A program made the translations under genes and the position numbers. Below the pieces are notes generated by a model. It had not been told where the DNA came from. It did not search any database and saw only the letters and a program-made list of their open reading frames with translations. From an uncultured Chloroflexia bacterium (GTDB lineage: Bacteria > Chloroflexota > Limnocylindria > Limnocylindrales > CSP1-4), in assembly GCA_963766735.1 (NCBI GenBank), contig CAVYBU010000004.1:96001-160000 (forward strand): a stretch of DNA of 64,000 nucleotides, given 5' to 3'. This document shows, piece by piece, positions 41,318 to 50,709 of this stretch (position 1 is the first letter of the stretch; every line of letters begins with the position of its first letter).

Positions 41318-41488
41318 AGGGTGGGGCGCCGAGCGGATCGCGTCCGGGCCGCCGCATGGGCTGCGGCGCCGGCGCCCGGGAAGGAGTCGGTGGTCGTCAT
41401 CTGAGGCGTGGCCGATTTTGCGGTTGGTCGGCGGGGGTGTCAAACGAAGGCTTGCGCCGGCAGCGCCTTCCGCCTGCCGCTGCCATCG

Positions 41489-41875
41489 TCATCGGTTCCC
41501 GCGCAGCGCGATCGCCTCGATCTCCACCAGGCCACCCTTGGGCAGCCCGGCGACCGCCACCGTGGAGCGAGCGGGAGGCGGATCCGGCATGAACCGGCCG
41601 TAGACGGCATTGACGGCGGCGAAGTCACCCATGTCCGCGAGGAAGACCGTGGTCTTCACGACGTCCTCCATGGACAGGCCCGCTTCGCCCAGGACCGCCG
41701 TGAGGTTCTTCATGGAGCGCTCGGCCTGTGCCTCCACCCCATCCGCCAGATTGCCCGTGGCGGGGTCAAGGCCGAGCTGGCCGCTGCAGAAGACGAGGCA
41801 GTCCATGGCGATGGCCTGGCTGTACGGGCCGATCGCATCCGGCGCGCCGGTCGTCGCGATGGCGTCTCGAATCAT
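41489..41875 (-). CDS. ridA: RidA/YjgF family reactive enamine deaminase
   Basis: AP.AIGPYSQA, SGQLG, VVKTTVFL, PPARSTV.V..LPKG.LVEIEAIA. Confidence 0.92.
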   Translation of the reverse strand: MIRDAIATTGAPDAIGPYSQAIAMDCLVFCSGQLGLDPATGNLADGVEAQAERSMKNLTAVLGEAGLSMEDVVKTTVFLADMGDFAAVNAVYGRFMPDPPPARSTVAVAGLPKGGLVEIEAIALRGNR

Positions 41876-42939
41876 GGCTGTCTCCCTGGGTTCGTCGGTT
41901 CGATTGTCCTGGTGAGAATCCGGGCTGCCGCGACGAACGGTTCGCGCGGGCCGGGACCGGTGAGCGTGCCTTCGGCGATGGCAACCCGGACCTGGTCCGC
42001 GGCGTCGGCCGCCTCAGCATACGAAGCATAGAGCGCCCAGTGCGTGGGCCCGGAGCCCGACAGGCCGATGGGCCGACGGAGAAGCCTGAGGAGCGCCCGC
42101 TTGAAGGGGACAAGGGCCGGTGCGACGGTGATCGCCGCGGGAGCGAGGTCGTTCGCAGACGCCAGCACCGATGCACGCGCCATGAGGTCGGCAGCCCTCA
42201 TTCCCCTGCGCAGCTCCTCCGCCAGGTGGGCCGATGCGAGTCGCGCCGCGCCGCCGGCCACCCGTGCGCCCGCATCCCAGGCCCGGAACACCGCGGGCGT
42301 GGCAAGCTCGATGGCGGGCGTGACCAGCAGCAGCGCCGGGGCGGCGCGATCGGGCGAGGCGGCTCGATCGGGCGAGGCGGCTCGATCTGGGGCGGCGCGG
42401 AGCCAGCCGATCGGCGTCAGGCGCTCGCCGCGGCCTTCGGCCAGGGCCGGACCGCCGACCAGGAAGAACGGGACGTCCGATCCCAGCTCCTCGGCAAGCT
42501 GCAGACGAGTGGCCGCGTCCAGTTGAGCGCCCCACGCCTCGAGGGCGGCATCGACTGCGGCGGCCGCGTCCGATGACCCTCCGGCCAACCCTGCGGCGAC
42601 GGGGATCCGCTTCTCGAGGCGCGCGGCGAGGGCGGGCGGAGCCTCTGCGCGGCCCCATTCCGGGCGAACGTGGCGGCGCGCGGCGGCGATCGCCCGGAGA
42701 ACCATGTTGTCAACGGAGGGGCCCGGGTCGAAGCCTTCGACGTGGATCGAGTCCTCTCGTCCCGACGGCAGGACCGAGACCGACAGGCGATCTGCGAGGT
42801 CCAGCGGGACCATCACGCTGTGGAGGTCGTGGAAGCCGTCCGGACGGATCCCGAGGACGGCAAGCGTCACGTTGAGCTTCGCGGGCGCGAGCCGCACGAC
42901 GGGTGCGAGGCGGCGGTCCGGGTCCTGCGGGGCGGTCAC
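41872..42939 (-). CDS. ispE: 4-diphosphocytidyl-2-C-methyl-D-erythritol kinase
   Basis: APAKLNVTL, GFHDL, KRIPVAAGLAGGSSDAAA, LGSDVPFF, GRGE, NDL, LSGSGPT. Start approximate. Confidence 0.93.
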   Translation of the reverse strand: MTAPQDPDRRLAPVVRLAPAKLNVTLAVLGIRPDGFHDLHSVMVPLDLADRLSVSVLPSGREDSIHVEGFDPGPSVDNMVLRAIAAARRHVRPEWGRAEAPPALAARLEKRIPVAAGLAGGSSDAAAAVDAALEAWGAQLDAATRLQLAEELGSDVPFFLVGGPALAEGRGERLTPIGWLRAAPDRAASPDRAASPDRAAPALLLVTPAIELATPAVFRAWDAGARVAGGAARLASAHLAEELRRGMRAADLMARASVLASANDLAPAAITVAPALVPFKRALLRLLRRPIGLSGSGPTHWALYASYAEAADAADQVRVAIAEGTLTGPGPREPFVAAARILTRTIEPTNPGRQP

Positions 42940-42969
42940 GGGGCCGGGTCCTGCGGGGCGGTCACGGGG
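42918..42969. repeat. Perfect 26-bp tandem duplication spanning the ispE start
   Basis: ccgggtcctgcggggcggtcacgggg twice (42918-42943 and 42944-42969). Confidence 0.85.
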
Positions 42970-43063
42970 CCGGACGCGGGCACGACGTGCCGCGCGCATG
43001 AGACGTGCGGAGCGTACGGGGCGCGAGAGACGCGCGAGACGTGCGCGGCGGGCGGGCCGCTCA

Positions 43064-43966
43064 TCAGGCTTCCGGGATGGGGCCGATGGCTTCCGCCAGG
43101 GCCAACCACTCCCCCACCGCCAGCGTCTGCGGACGCCGGTCGCCCGCGATCCCGCACCCCGCGAGGGCGGCGTCGACGCGCTCCGCGTCGATCGGCAGCT
43201 GCCGCGACAGGACGTTGTGGAGCATCTTGCGCCGCTCCCGGAACCCGGCCTGGACGACGCGCCAGAGGTGGTCCTCGGCCTTGGGGTCAAGCCGGTCGTC
43301 CAGGGCATAGGGCTCAAGGACCAGCACCGCGGACTCCACCTTCGGAGCGGGTTCGAACGCGTCCCTCGGCACCCGGAACGCCACCCGGGCCCGGGCGTGG
43401 TACTGGACGAAGACGGAGAGATACGACATGCCGCCCGGCGCCGAGGCGATCCTCTCCCCCACCTCGCGCTGGACCATCAGCACGAGGCGCTCGGCGCGGG
43501 GGGCGCTGCCGAGGAGCCGGTGCAGGATGGGGCTGGTGATGTGGTACGGCAGGTTGGCCACCACGTCGTACGGGGGCGGGACGAGATTGACGAGGTCCTG
43601 GTCCAGGGCATCGTCCTCGACGAGGTGGAAGACACCGGACTCGGCCTCGGCCGCGAACCGCTCCCGCAGCACGGCGGCGAGCCCTCGGTCCAGCTCCACG
43701 GCCGTCACGTCCGCGCCGGCCGCAAGCAGCCCGCCGGTGAGGAACCCGAGGCCGGGCCCGATCTCCAGCACGGCGCGATCCGGGCCTGGGTCCGCCTCGT
43801 GAAGGATCGCTTCCAGCACGTCCACGTCCGCCAGGAAGTTCTGCGAGAGGTTGTGGCGGGCACGGAGTCCGGCCTGCCTCAGGGCACGCTGCACGAACTG
43901 CGGATCGAGGCGCAGGTCGCTGGCCCGGCGCGCGCCACCGGGCTCGCCGCGACGTTCGCCGTTCAT
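43064..43966 (-). CDS. rsmA: 16S rRNA m6,2A dimethyltransferase
   Basis: LSQNFL, LEIGPGLGFLT, VELD, VANLPYHITSP, MVQREV, F.PAPKVES. Confidence 0.96.
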   Translation of the reverse strand: MNGERRGEPGGARRASDLRLDPQFVQRALRQAGLRARHNLSQNFLADVDVLEAILHEADPGPDRAVLEIGPGLGFLTGGLLAAGADVTAVELDRGLAAVLRERFAAEAESGVFHLVEDDALDQDLVNLVPPPYDVVANLPYHITSPILHRLLGSAPRAERLVLMVQREVGERIASAPGGMSYLSVFVQYHARARVAFRVPRDAFEPAPKVESAVLVLEPYALDDRLDPKAEDHLWRVVQAGFRERRKMLHNVLSRQLPIDAERVDAALAGCGIAGDRRPQTLAVGEWLALAEAIGPIPEA

Positions 43967-45027
43967 CGAGCGAGCGGCAGTGAGGGCCGCGCGTCAAGGT
44001 CCAGGCCAGACCGGACACCGGCGGCGAACCGCCGGGCGCCGGCGGCGCCGATCATCGCGCCGTTGTCCGTGCACAGGCCCGGCCGCGGGATCACCATCGC
44101 GATGCCGCGGGCGTGCGCCTCGGCGCTGATCCGCGTCCGGAGCGCGGTGTTGGACGCCACCCCGCCCCCCAGCACGATCCCGCGGGCCCCGACCTCCTCC
44201 GCCGCACGGATCGTCTTGGCCGTCAGCACGTCGGTCACGGAATCCTGGAAGCCCCAGGCAAGCTCGGCCACGATCGCGCCTGGCAGCGTGCCCTCCCGTT
44301 CGTCGACCGGCAAGCCGGCGTCGGCCCGGGCCACTCCGATGATCCGCCGGGCGGCCGTCTTGAGGCCCGAGAAGCTGACGTCGTACGAGTCGCCGAGCCA
44401 GGCGCGCGGGAAGACCCGGTTCTTCGCCACCGCAGCCTCGGCCGCCCGCGAGATCGCCGGTCCGCCGGGATAGCCCAGGCCCAGGAGTCGCCCGACCTTG
44501 TCGAACGCCTCGCCGGCGGCGTCGTCGATCGTGCCGCCCAGATACCGGTAGTCGAGGTGGTCCCGCATCTCGACGAGGAACGTGTGCCCGCCCGAGACGA
44601 CCAGGGCGACCAGGGGGAACGGCGGCGCCTCCCGCTCCGCCTCGCCCGGATCCAGGAGCCAGCCGGCGTAGACATGGCCTTCGAGGTGATTGACCCCGAC
44701 CAGCGGTTTGCCATGGGCCCAGGCGAGCGCCTTGGCGAAGTTGATGCCAACCAGCAGCGAGCCCGCGAGACCCGGACCGTAGGTCACCGCCACCGCGTCC
44801 ACGTCGTTCATCGTGACGCCACCGGTCGCAAGGGCCTCGTCCAGGACCGGGACGATCCATCGGAGGTGGGCCCGCGCCGCGACCTCCGGCACGATGCCAC
44901 CGGTCGGGGCGTGGAGCGCGACCTGGCTCGCCACGACGTTGGAGTGGATGCGGCGGCCGTCCTCGACCAGGGCGATGCCGGTCTCGTCGCAGCTGGACTC
45001 CACCGCCAGGATCAGCGGACCAGTCAC
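43963..45027 (-). CDS. tsaD: tRNA N6-threonylcarbamoyltransferase
   Basis: ESSCDET, GGIVPEVAARAH, GPGL, NHLEGH, SGGHT, DDAAGEAFDK, SFSGLKT, TDNGAMI. Confidence 0.97.
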   Translation of the reverse strand: MTGPLILAVESSCDETGIALVEDGRRIHSNVVASQVALHAPTGGIVPEVAARAHLRWIVPVLDEALATGGVTMNDVDAVAVTYGPGLAGSLLVGINFAKALAWAHGKPLVGVNHLEGHVYAGWLLDPGEAEREAPPFPLVALVVSGGHTFLVEMRDHLDYRYLGGTIDDAAGEAFDKVGRLLGLGYPGGPAISRAAEAAVAKNRVFPRAWLGDSYDVSFSGLKTAARRIIGVARADAGLPVDEREGTLPGAIVAELAWGFQDSVTDVLTAKTIRAAEEVGARGIVLGGGVASNTALRTRISAEAHARGIAMVIPRPGLCTDNGAMIGAAGARRFAAGVRSGLDLDARPSLPLAR

Positions 45028-45641
45028 GAGGTGGCTCGCAGCCGGCCTTGGGCGGCGGGTGCTGCCGCCGGCTTCGCCCCATCCAGCCTCGTGTCCGGGT
45101 TCGCGTCGGGCTCGGCGTCCGGCGGCGGGGCGGCATCGACCTCGGCGCGGAGGCGGGCCAGCCGTTCGAGCATCGCCGGGGTGGACAGCGGCTCCGTGGT
45201 CATGATCAACGCGTCTTCCTGGTTGTCGCTGTAGTAGCGCGGACGGATGCCAACGGGCCGGAAGCCGTACTTCTCGTACAGTCGGCGCGCCGGCAGGTTC
45301 GACAGCCGGACCTCGAGGGTCGCCTCTCGGGCGTGTCGGTCCACGGCGAGGTCCAGCAGGGCGATCAGCATCCGCTCACCGATCCGGCGACGACGGTAGG
45401 CCGGGTGGATGGCGAACGTCGTGACGTGGGCCTCGTCGACCATCAGCCAGATCCCGCCGTAGCCAACGACCCGTTCACCGATGAGCGACACGACGTAGTG
45501 CGCGAGGCGGTTCGCCTCCAGCTCCTGGCGATACGCCTGCGGAGGCCATGGGGTGGTGAACGAGGCTCGCTCGATCAGCTGCACGGACGGCAGATCCGCC
45601 TCGGTCATCGGCCGGATGCGCAGGACGGGCGTGCCGATCAC
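45024..45641 (-). CDS. rimI: Ribosomal protein S18 alanine N-acetyltransferase
   Basis: IERASFTTPW, EAHVTT, LEVRLSN..A..LY.KYGF...GIRPRYY...EDALIM; lies between tsaB and tsaD. Confidence 0.93.
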   Translation of the reverse strand: MIGTPVLRIRPMTEADLPSVQLIERASFTTPWPPQAYRQELEANRLAHYVVSLIGERVVGYGGIWLMVDEAHVTTFAIHPAYRRRRIGERMLIALLDLAVDRHAREATLEVRLSNLPARRLYEKYGFRPVGIRPRYYSDNQEDALIMTTEPLSTPAMLERLARLRAEVDAAPPPDAEPDANPDTRLDGAKPAAAPAAQGRLRATS

Positions 45642-46342
45642 GCCGACCCCTCCCCGCCGGTCATCTCCACGGCGCTCTCGGGGAGGACGGCGCGCACGCC
45701 CCGCGGCAACGTCACGTATTCCGGCACGAGATCGGCCAGGGAATCCGGATCACCCGCGGCGAACCGGGCAGCACCCGCGGCGAGCAACGCCGCCGCCAGC
45801 CCTTCGTGGGATCGCAGACCGAGCTCCGTGGCCTCCTCTGGTGCACGGCCATCCAGGTCCACGGCCACCAGGCGCTCGCCGGGACCGAGGTTGGGGTCGG
45901 TCCCGCCGGGCAGGATCACCGGGGGGGCGCCGGGCCGGCTCAGCACGCGATCGTTTGGACCAGCGGGCTGCAGCAGCGCGAGGGCGCCCGGCTCGAGCAC
46001 GATGCCGGCGATGGCCGCGGCGGCCGCCAGGAGCGCAGACCCGGTCGGCATCCCTACGATGGGCAGCCTGAGCGCGTGCGCCAGGCCTTTCGCGGTGGCG
46101 ATCCCGACCCGCAAACCCGTGAACGCGCCGGGCCCCGTGCCCACCACGACCCCACCGAGCGCCGCAGGCGCCTGATCGAGGTCCGTGAGCAGGGACTCGA
46201 TCCGGGCCAGGAGCTCCTCTCCGTGTCGGTAGCCGGCCACCCACCCGCGCTGCGTGACCAAGGTGCCGTCCGGCTCGCCCAGCGCGATCACCGCACGGGT
46301 GGTGGCCGTGTCGATCACGAGGAGCCGCCCTGTCGCGGTCAC
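45638..46342 (-). CDS. tsaB: t6A biosynthesis protein TsaB
   Basis: IDTAT, HGEEL, GTGPGAFTGLRVG...KGLA, C-terminal PEYV. Confidence 0.9.
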   Translation of the reverse strand: MTATGRLLVIDTATTRAVIALGEPDGTLVTQRGWVAGYRHGEELLARIESLLTDLDQAPAALGGVVVGTGPGAFTGLRVGIATAKGLAHALRLPIVGMPTGSALLAAAAAIAGIVLEPGALALLQPAGPNDRVLSRPGAPPVILPGGTDPNLGPGERLVAVDLDGRAPEEATELGLRSHEGLAAALLAAGAARFAAGDPDSLADLVPEYVTLPRGVRAVLPESAVEMTGGEGSA

Positions 46343-46815
46343 GCGGCAGCCACCAGGTACCGGCCGTACGACGGGTCTTCGGAACGCAACGTGATGCGGC
46401 GAGGCTCGTCGCCGGTGCCGTCGATCAGAACGTCCAGGCGCGCGACAGGCAGCGCGGGACCCAGACGCTCCGCCCACTCCACCAGGACGACACCCTCGGC
46501 CTGACGCTCGTCCAGGAGGCCACCCGCCAGGGCATCGGCCGCATCAGCAAGGCGGTACAGATCCAGGTGGAACAGCGGGAGCCGACCCTCGTACTCGGTC
46601 ATCAGGACGAAGGTCGGGGAGTTGACGATATCGGTGATCCCCAGCCCCACCGCGAACCCCTTGGCGAACTGCGTCTTGCCCGCACCGAGGTCCCCGATGA
46701 GGCAGAGCAGGTCCCCGGGGCGCGCGACGGCAGCCAGCCGTTCCGCCAGGGCCCGGGTGGCTGCAGGGTCGGTGGTGGTGGTGGTGGCGCACTCGGCATG
46801 CAAGGACGTGGACAT
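46339..46815 (-). CDS. tsaE: t6A biosynthesis ATPase TsaE
   Basis: GDLGAGKT, SPTF, HLDLYRL, VEWAER. Confidence 0.95.
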   Translation of the reverse strand: MSTSLHAECATTTTTDPAATRALAERLAAVARPGDLLCLIGDLGAGKTQFAKGFAVGLGITDIVNSPTFVLMTEYEGRLPLFHLDLYRLADAADALAGGLLDERQAEGVVLVEWAERLGPALPVARLDVLIDGTGDEPRRITLRSEDPSYGRYLVAAA

Positions 46816-47056
46816 CGAGCCGAGGGTAGCCGAACCCGGCGCCCGGCGCGGCTGCACGACGACGAGGTGGTCTGGCTGCGTGGCTGCGCGTCTGTGTGGC
46901 GGCACGGCCGCGTGGCCCCGACACTGCCGACCTCCGACATCGCCGACCTTCCCGGCCTCCGGGAACGGCGGGCCTCCGAGCACAGCGCCCCGCCCGCTAC
47001 CCCGCCCTGCGACTCTCCCGGCCCGCGCCCAAGCCCCGTGCCTGCGACTCCGATAT

Positions 47057-47150
47057 GTGTCATCGCCGGGGTGCTCACGCTCGGCTCGACGGTCGAACCC
47101 CGCGTTCAGGACGCGAGTCGCGCCTGGCCGGCGCCCCGGTGGCACATGGC
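47057..47150. repeat. 94-bp dispersed structured repeat, copy 2, inside a longer imperfect palindrome (~46980-47190)
   Basis: Matches 38225-38318; the stem is extended by cctgcgactc / gagtcgcggg. Confidence 0.88.
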
Positions 47151-47199
47151 TGAGTCGCGGGACGCGGGCGGGGCGGGACGCGGTGTCCCGATCCCGGCG

Positions 47200-48225
47200 T
47201 CAGCGATAGCGCTCGAGGTCCCCGAGCGGCACCGCGACCGGATCCCCACCGTGGATCTCCACGAACGCGGCCTCGAGATGAACTCCCGCCGCGAACCGAC
47301 GCAGCCCGGCCGGGCCCAGGACCCGACCCTCGGCGCCGGCGTTGGGCCCGCTGCGGATCCGGACCCACGTCGGGTCGATCTCGACCGGCGCCGGGTCCTC
47401 GCCCTCGAGCACGAGGGCCGGAGGGTCAGTCAGCAGGGCCACCTCCCGCCCGGCGAACCGCCCCAGCAGGGCGATGATCGGACCCGGGATCGGGCGCCGG
47501 ATGGCGCCCTCCAGCGCCAGCACGCCGAAGGGCGGCGTCGGATGGAGCGCGGCACGCTGACGCCGCTCGGACGCCTGGAAGTCGCGCATCTCCTTGCCGG
47601 GCAGGGCCGCCACGACGATGCCGCGGACACCCATCGCCCGGGCCCGGGTCAGGGCCTCCGCATCGATACGTGATCCGACCACCAGGATGCTCCCAGCGCG
47701 TCCGACATCGATCCCGCCGGGCCGGAGGTCGCCAAACGGATCGGTCGCGAGCTCCAGGCGCCCGCGCGCAGCGGACCCGGCCGCGAACGCGCCCCGCAGG
47801 GCCCGTCCGTCAGGGCGCAGACGGATCTCGGCCCCGGGCCGGACCTCCATCACGACGCCCGCCACGGGCGACGGCACCGTCACTCTGTGGTCGCCGGCAA
47901 CCAGGCGCCACCGATCGGCCCGATCGGGGACCGGAGCGAGCAGCTCCCCCTCTATCTCCCGGTCCCTGCGGCGGCGGCCCGGGGGCAGGGTCCACCGGCT
48001 GCCCGGCAACGGTTGCTCGGCCTCGGACGCCTTGACCTCCACCACCTCGATCCGGCGATCGCGGAGGTGCTCCAGCAGGGGATCCCCGGCCAGCACCGCG
48101 CTCCCCGGCTCCACGAGCGGCCGGTCGCCGGGTGGGAGCGGGAACCGAGCCTCCAGGGAGTCCTCCAGGATGCGCCGCACCGGGATCTCGTCAAGCCAGC
48201 TCCACGCCGTGCGCGACTCGATCAC
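47200..48225 (-). CDS. Hypothetical protein with a barrel-sandwich-hybrid-like N-part, swiveling-like middle and KOW-like C-terminus
   Basis: LVEPGSAVLAGDPL, SPVAGVV, ARAMGVRGIVV, VRIRSGPNAGAEGRV; GTGA coupling to the upstream GlmL-like gene. Confidence 0.72.
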   Translation of the reverse strand: MIESRTAWSWLDEIPVRRILEDSLEARFPLPPGDRPLVEPGSAVLAGDPLLEHLRDRRIEVVEVKASEAEQPLPGSRWTLPPGRRRRDREIEGELLAPVPDRADRWRLVAGDHRVTVPSPVAGVVMEVRPGAEIRLRPDGRALRGAFAAGSAARGRLELATDPFGDLRPGGIDVGRAGSILVVGSRIDAEALTRARAMGVRGIVVAALPGKEMRDFQASERRQRAALHPTPPFGVLALEGAIRRPIPGPIIALLGRFAGREVALLTDPPALVLEGEDPAPVEIDPTWVRIRSGPNAGAEGRVLGPAGLRRFAAGVHLEAAFVEIHGGDPVAVPLGDLERYR

Positions 48226-49829
48226 GTCCCGATCTCCGGCCACAGGGCTGCCTGCCACGACGCGAGGAGCTCGCGCCGCGGTTCGAGGCGCCGGGGCAGG
48301 ACGAGCGGAACATCCCGCAGGTCCACGAGGACGCCGCCGAGGCCGCCGGCGACCTCCATCGCAACGTGGCGCGTCCTGAGGCCGAGGCGGATCGCGTCCC
48401 GAAGCTCGATCTCCACGACCGCGCGCTCACCCGGTGGCAGATCCACCAGCTCCAGGCCCCCGGGCGCCAGGTCCAGCTCCGCGGGCCCATCCGCACCGCG
48501 GACCACCAGCTTCCCAGCGGACCGTCCGGGCCGGAGCCCGGCCGGCATCACGACGGTGCCGAGGGGAACCAGGAGGTCGTCCCGCAGGTCTGCCATGACC
48601 TCCCGGCGCTCGTCGGCGTCCGCGATGGTTCCCAGCGGCGCCAGCAGTCGAGCGTGGTCCAGCCCGAGCGCACGCACTCCCGCCCGCCTCAGGACGTCCG
48701 CCAGGGCCAGCGCCACGGCCGGCCCCGGAGCCACGGCCCACGCGCCGCCAGCAGCCACCACAAGGTCCGGCGGCGGGAGCGACTCGAACGTCGGGGTCGC
48801 GATGACCAGCCGCGCCAGCGCGGCCCTCGCGGCCGCCATCCGCAACAGGGCGCCGTCGCCGGCCGCGTCGCCCCAGGACGCCAGTGCCAACTCCCGCAGC
48901 CGGTCACGGACCCGCAGCCGGTCGAGCGGCACGGTCAGCCAGCTCATCACCGCGTCGAGATGCTCATCCGAGAAGGAGCGCGGCAGGAGCGCCGCGTCCG
49001 GGACGATCGCGACACGCGGGACCGCCGTTTCGCCGGGCGTCCAGCCGGCCGCAACCCGCGTCCCACCCGCCCGGCCGATCTCCACCACCTCGACCCGCCG
49101 CGCGAGCACGTCCGCGAGGGTCCCGGTTGCGACCGCGAGGGCACGCCGCCCATCGTGATCGCCGCCACGGAGGTCGTCGAGCAGGGCGCGGAGCGGCTCC
49201 CCGCCCCCGACGGCCGGCGACGGCGCCAGCACCGTGGGGCCGGGACGTCCCGGTCGGAACAGGGCCTCGGTCCGACCGCCGGGCTCGGCCAGGCCACCGG
49301 CCAGGACGGCGACCAGGTCAGGGCGTCGCTCGGTGGCGGCGGCCACGAGGTGCCCGAGATCCGCGATGAGCGAGCGCTCGTCTGCTCCCGGCGGATCGGA
49401 GGCGCCTGCCAGCACGGCCCCCACGCGAGCATCCGCCAGGGCCGTCGCGATGGTCAGGATCTCCGCTCCGTTGAGGACGAGCGGCCGAACCCGCCAGCCT
49501 GCCGCCGCGGCAGCGGCGGCAAGGGGAGCGACGACCCGCTCGGTCGCGGCGATCACCGCGAGCTCTGGGGCGGCAGAGGTGGCGCACGTCAATCTCGGCG
49601 TGCCGGCCGCGCTGCCCGCGACGTCGAGCGCGAGGGCGGTGGCGAGCCCGGGGTCGGCAGTCGCGAGGCGGCGGCGCAGGCGCTCCAGCAGCGCCTCCTC
49701 GGGGACACCGGCCGGGCCCGCAGTGCTGCCGAGCAGTCGCCAGCGGCCGTCCACGCGTCCCACCAGGGACACGGCAACGGTGGCCGTCCCGCGGTCGACG
49801 GCGGCGATGGCGGGCTGATCGCTGCTCAC
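48222..49829 (-). CDS. Divergent glutamate mutase L (GlmL)-like ASKHA-fold protein
   Basis: N-terminal AAVDRGTATV...GRWRLLG, VLAG.SD, VEIGRAG, DLVVAAGG, C-terminal GGLGGVLVDLR.VPL. Family assigned from recall of the overall pattern. Confidence 0.65.
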   Translation of the reverse strand: MSSDQPAIAAVDRGTATVAVSLVGRVDGRWRLLGSTAGPAGVPEEALLERLRRRLATADPGLATALALDVAGSAAGTPRLTCATSAAPELAVIAATERVVAPLAAAAAAAGWRVRPLVLNGAEILTIATALADARVGAVLAGASDPPGADERSLIADLGHLVAAATERRPDLVAVLAGGLAEPGGRTEALFRPGRPGPTVLAPSPAVGGGEPLRALLDDLRGGDHDGRRALAVATGTLADVLARRVEVVEIGRAGGTRVAAGWTPGETAVPRVAIVPDAALLPRSFSDEHLDAVMSWLTVPLDRLRVRDRLRELALASWGDAAGDGALLRMAAARAALARLVIATPTFESLPPPDLVVAAGGAWAVAPGPAVALALADVLRRAGVRALGLDHARLLAPLGTIADADERREVMADLRDDLLVPLGTVVMPAGLRPGRSAGKLVVRGADGPAELDLAPGGLELVDLPPGERAVVEIELRDAIRLGLRTRHVAMEVAGGLGGVLVDLRDVPLVLPRRLEPRRELLASWQAALWPEIGT

Positions 49830-49861
49830 TCGCCCGATGCTATCAGCGGAAGGCGATGGGC

Positions 49862-50152
49862 TCAGGCGTCCCAGGTGTCCGACTCGTTCAGCTCCTCGAG
49901 GCGATCTATGAGGGCCTCGATGCCGATCTCGTCGCGCAGGAGCTCGCTGGCGGATGGGGTCTCGCCGCCGAAGAGCTCACCCAGGACCGGATCGAAGAAC
50001 AGCATCGCGGGCGCCCCGAGGGGCCGGTAGGGACGGCTTGCCTCGAGGAAATGGACGGCCGGGCCGGTCAGGCCACGCATCCGGATCTCGCGCGCCACCG
50101 ACTCGACCAGGGCCTCGCGCTGCTCGTCGAGGGGCTCCGCGAGGAAGCTCAC
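49862..50152 (-). CDS. 96-aa conserved-looking hypothetical protein
   Basis: VAREIRMRGLTGPAVHFLEASRP...LFFDP...LIDRLEE; GTGA overlap with the macro gene. Confidence 0.72.
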   Translation of the reverse strand: MSFLAEPLDEQREALVESVAREIRMRGLTGPAVHFLEASRPYRPLGAPAMLFFDPVLGELFGGETPSASELLRDEIGIEALIDRLEELNESDTWDA

Positions 50153-50709
50153 GCGAGATCCTCGCGCCCGAGGACCGGTGTGAGCATGGACCGCGTTGGG
50201 GCCGGCTCGCCCGCGGACAGCGCACGGGCGAAGGCCTTGTACGCCGCGGCACCCCGGAGTGCGAAGACCACGTGCTCGATGGATGACGGTGTCGCGAGCT
50301 CGTCGCGCACGGCCTCGACCGCGATCGCGGTCGCCTCGTCCAGCGGAAAGCCGCCGACGCCGGTGCCAAGGGCCGGGAACGCGATGCTGGCGATCCCGAG
50401 CTCGCGGGCACGGGCCATGGAGCTGCGGACGGCGCGGTCGATGGCGGGACCGCTGCTGCGACGATCGCGCTCCATCGAGACGGCGTGGATCACGACGCGG
50501 GCTGCCAGTCGGCCGGCCGGGGTGACGACGGCGTCGCCGAGGTTGGCCGGCGCCTGGCGCAGGGCCGCGAACTCGATGGCCTCGCCCCCCGCACGCTTCA
50601 GCTCGCCTGCGACCCCGTTGGACATCCACAGGGACGTGGACGCCGGGCTCACGATGGCATCGACTTCGAGGTCGCAGATATCGCCGTTCCAGAGCTCGAT
50701 GCGTGCCAC
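50149..50709 (-). CDS. Macro domain (ADP-ribose binding/hydrolase) protein
   Basis: GDI..LEVDAIV.PA...GVAG, AVVTPAGRL.A..VIHAV, SIAFPALGTGVGGFP; RBS GGGAGGGAG. Confidence 0.9.
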   Translation of the reverse strand: MARIELWNGDICDLEVDAIVSPASTSLWMSNGVAGELKRAGGEAIEFAALRQAPANLGDAVVTPAGRLAARVVIHAVSMERDRRSSGPAIDRAVRSSMARARELGIASIAFPALGTGVGGFPLDEATAIAVEAVRDELATPSSIEHVVFALRGAAAYKAFARALSAGEPAPTRSMLTPVLGREDLA

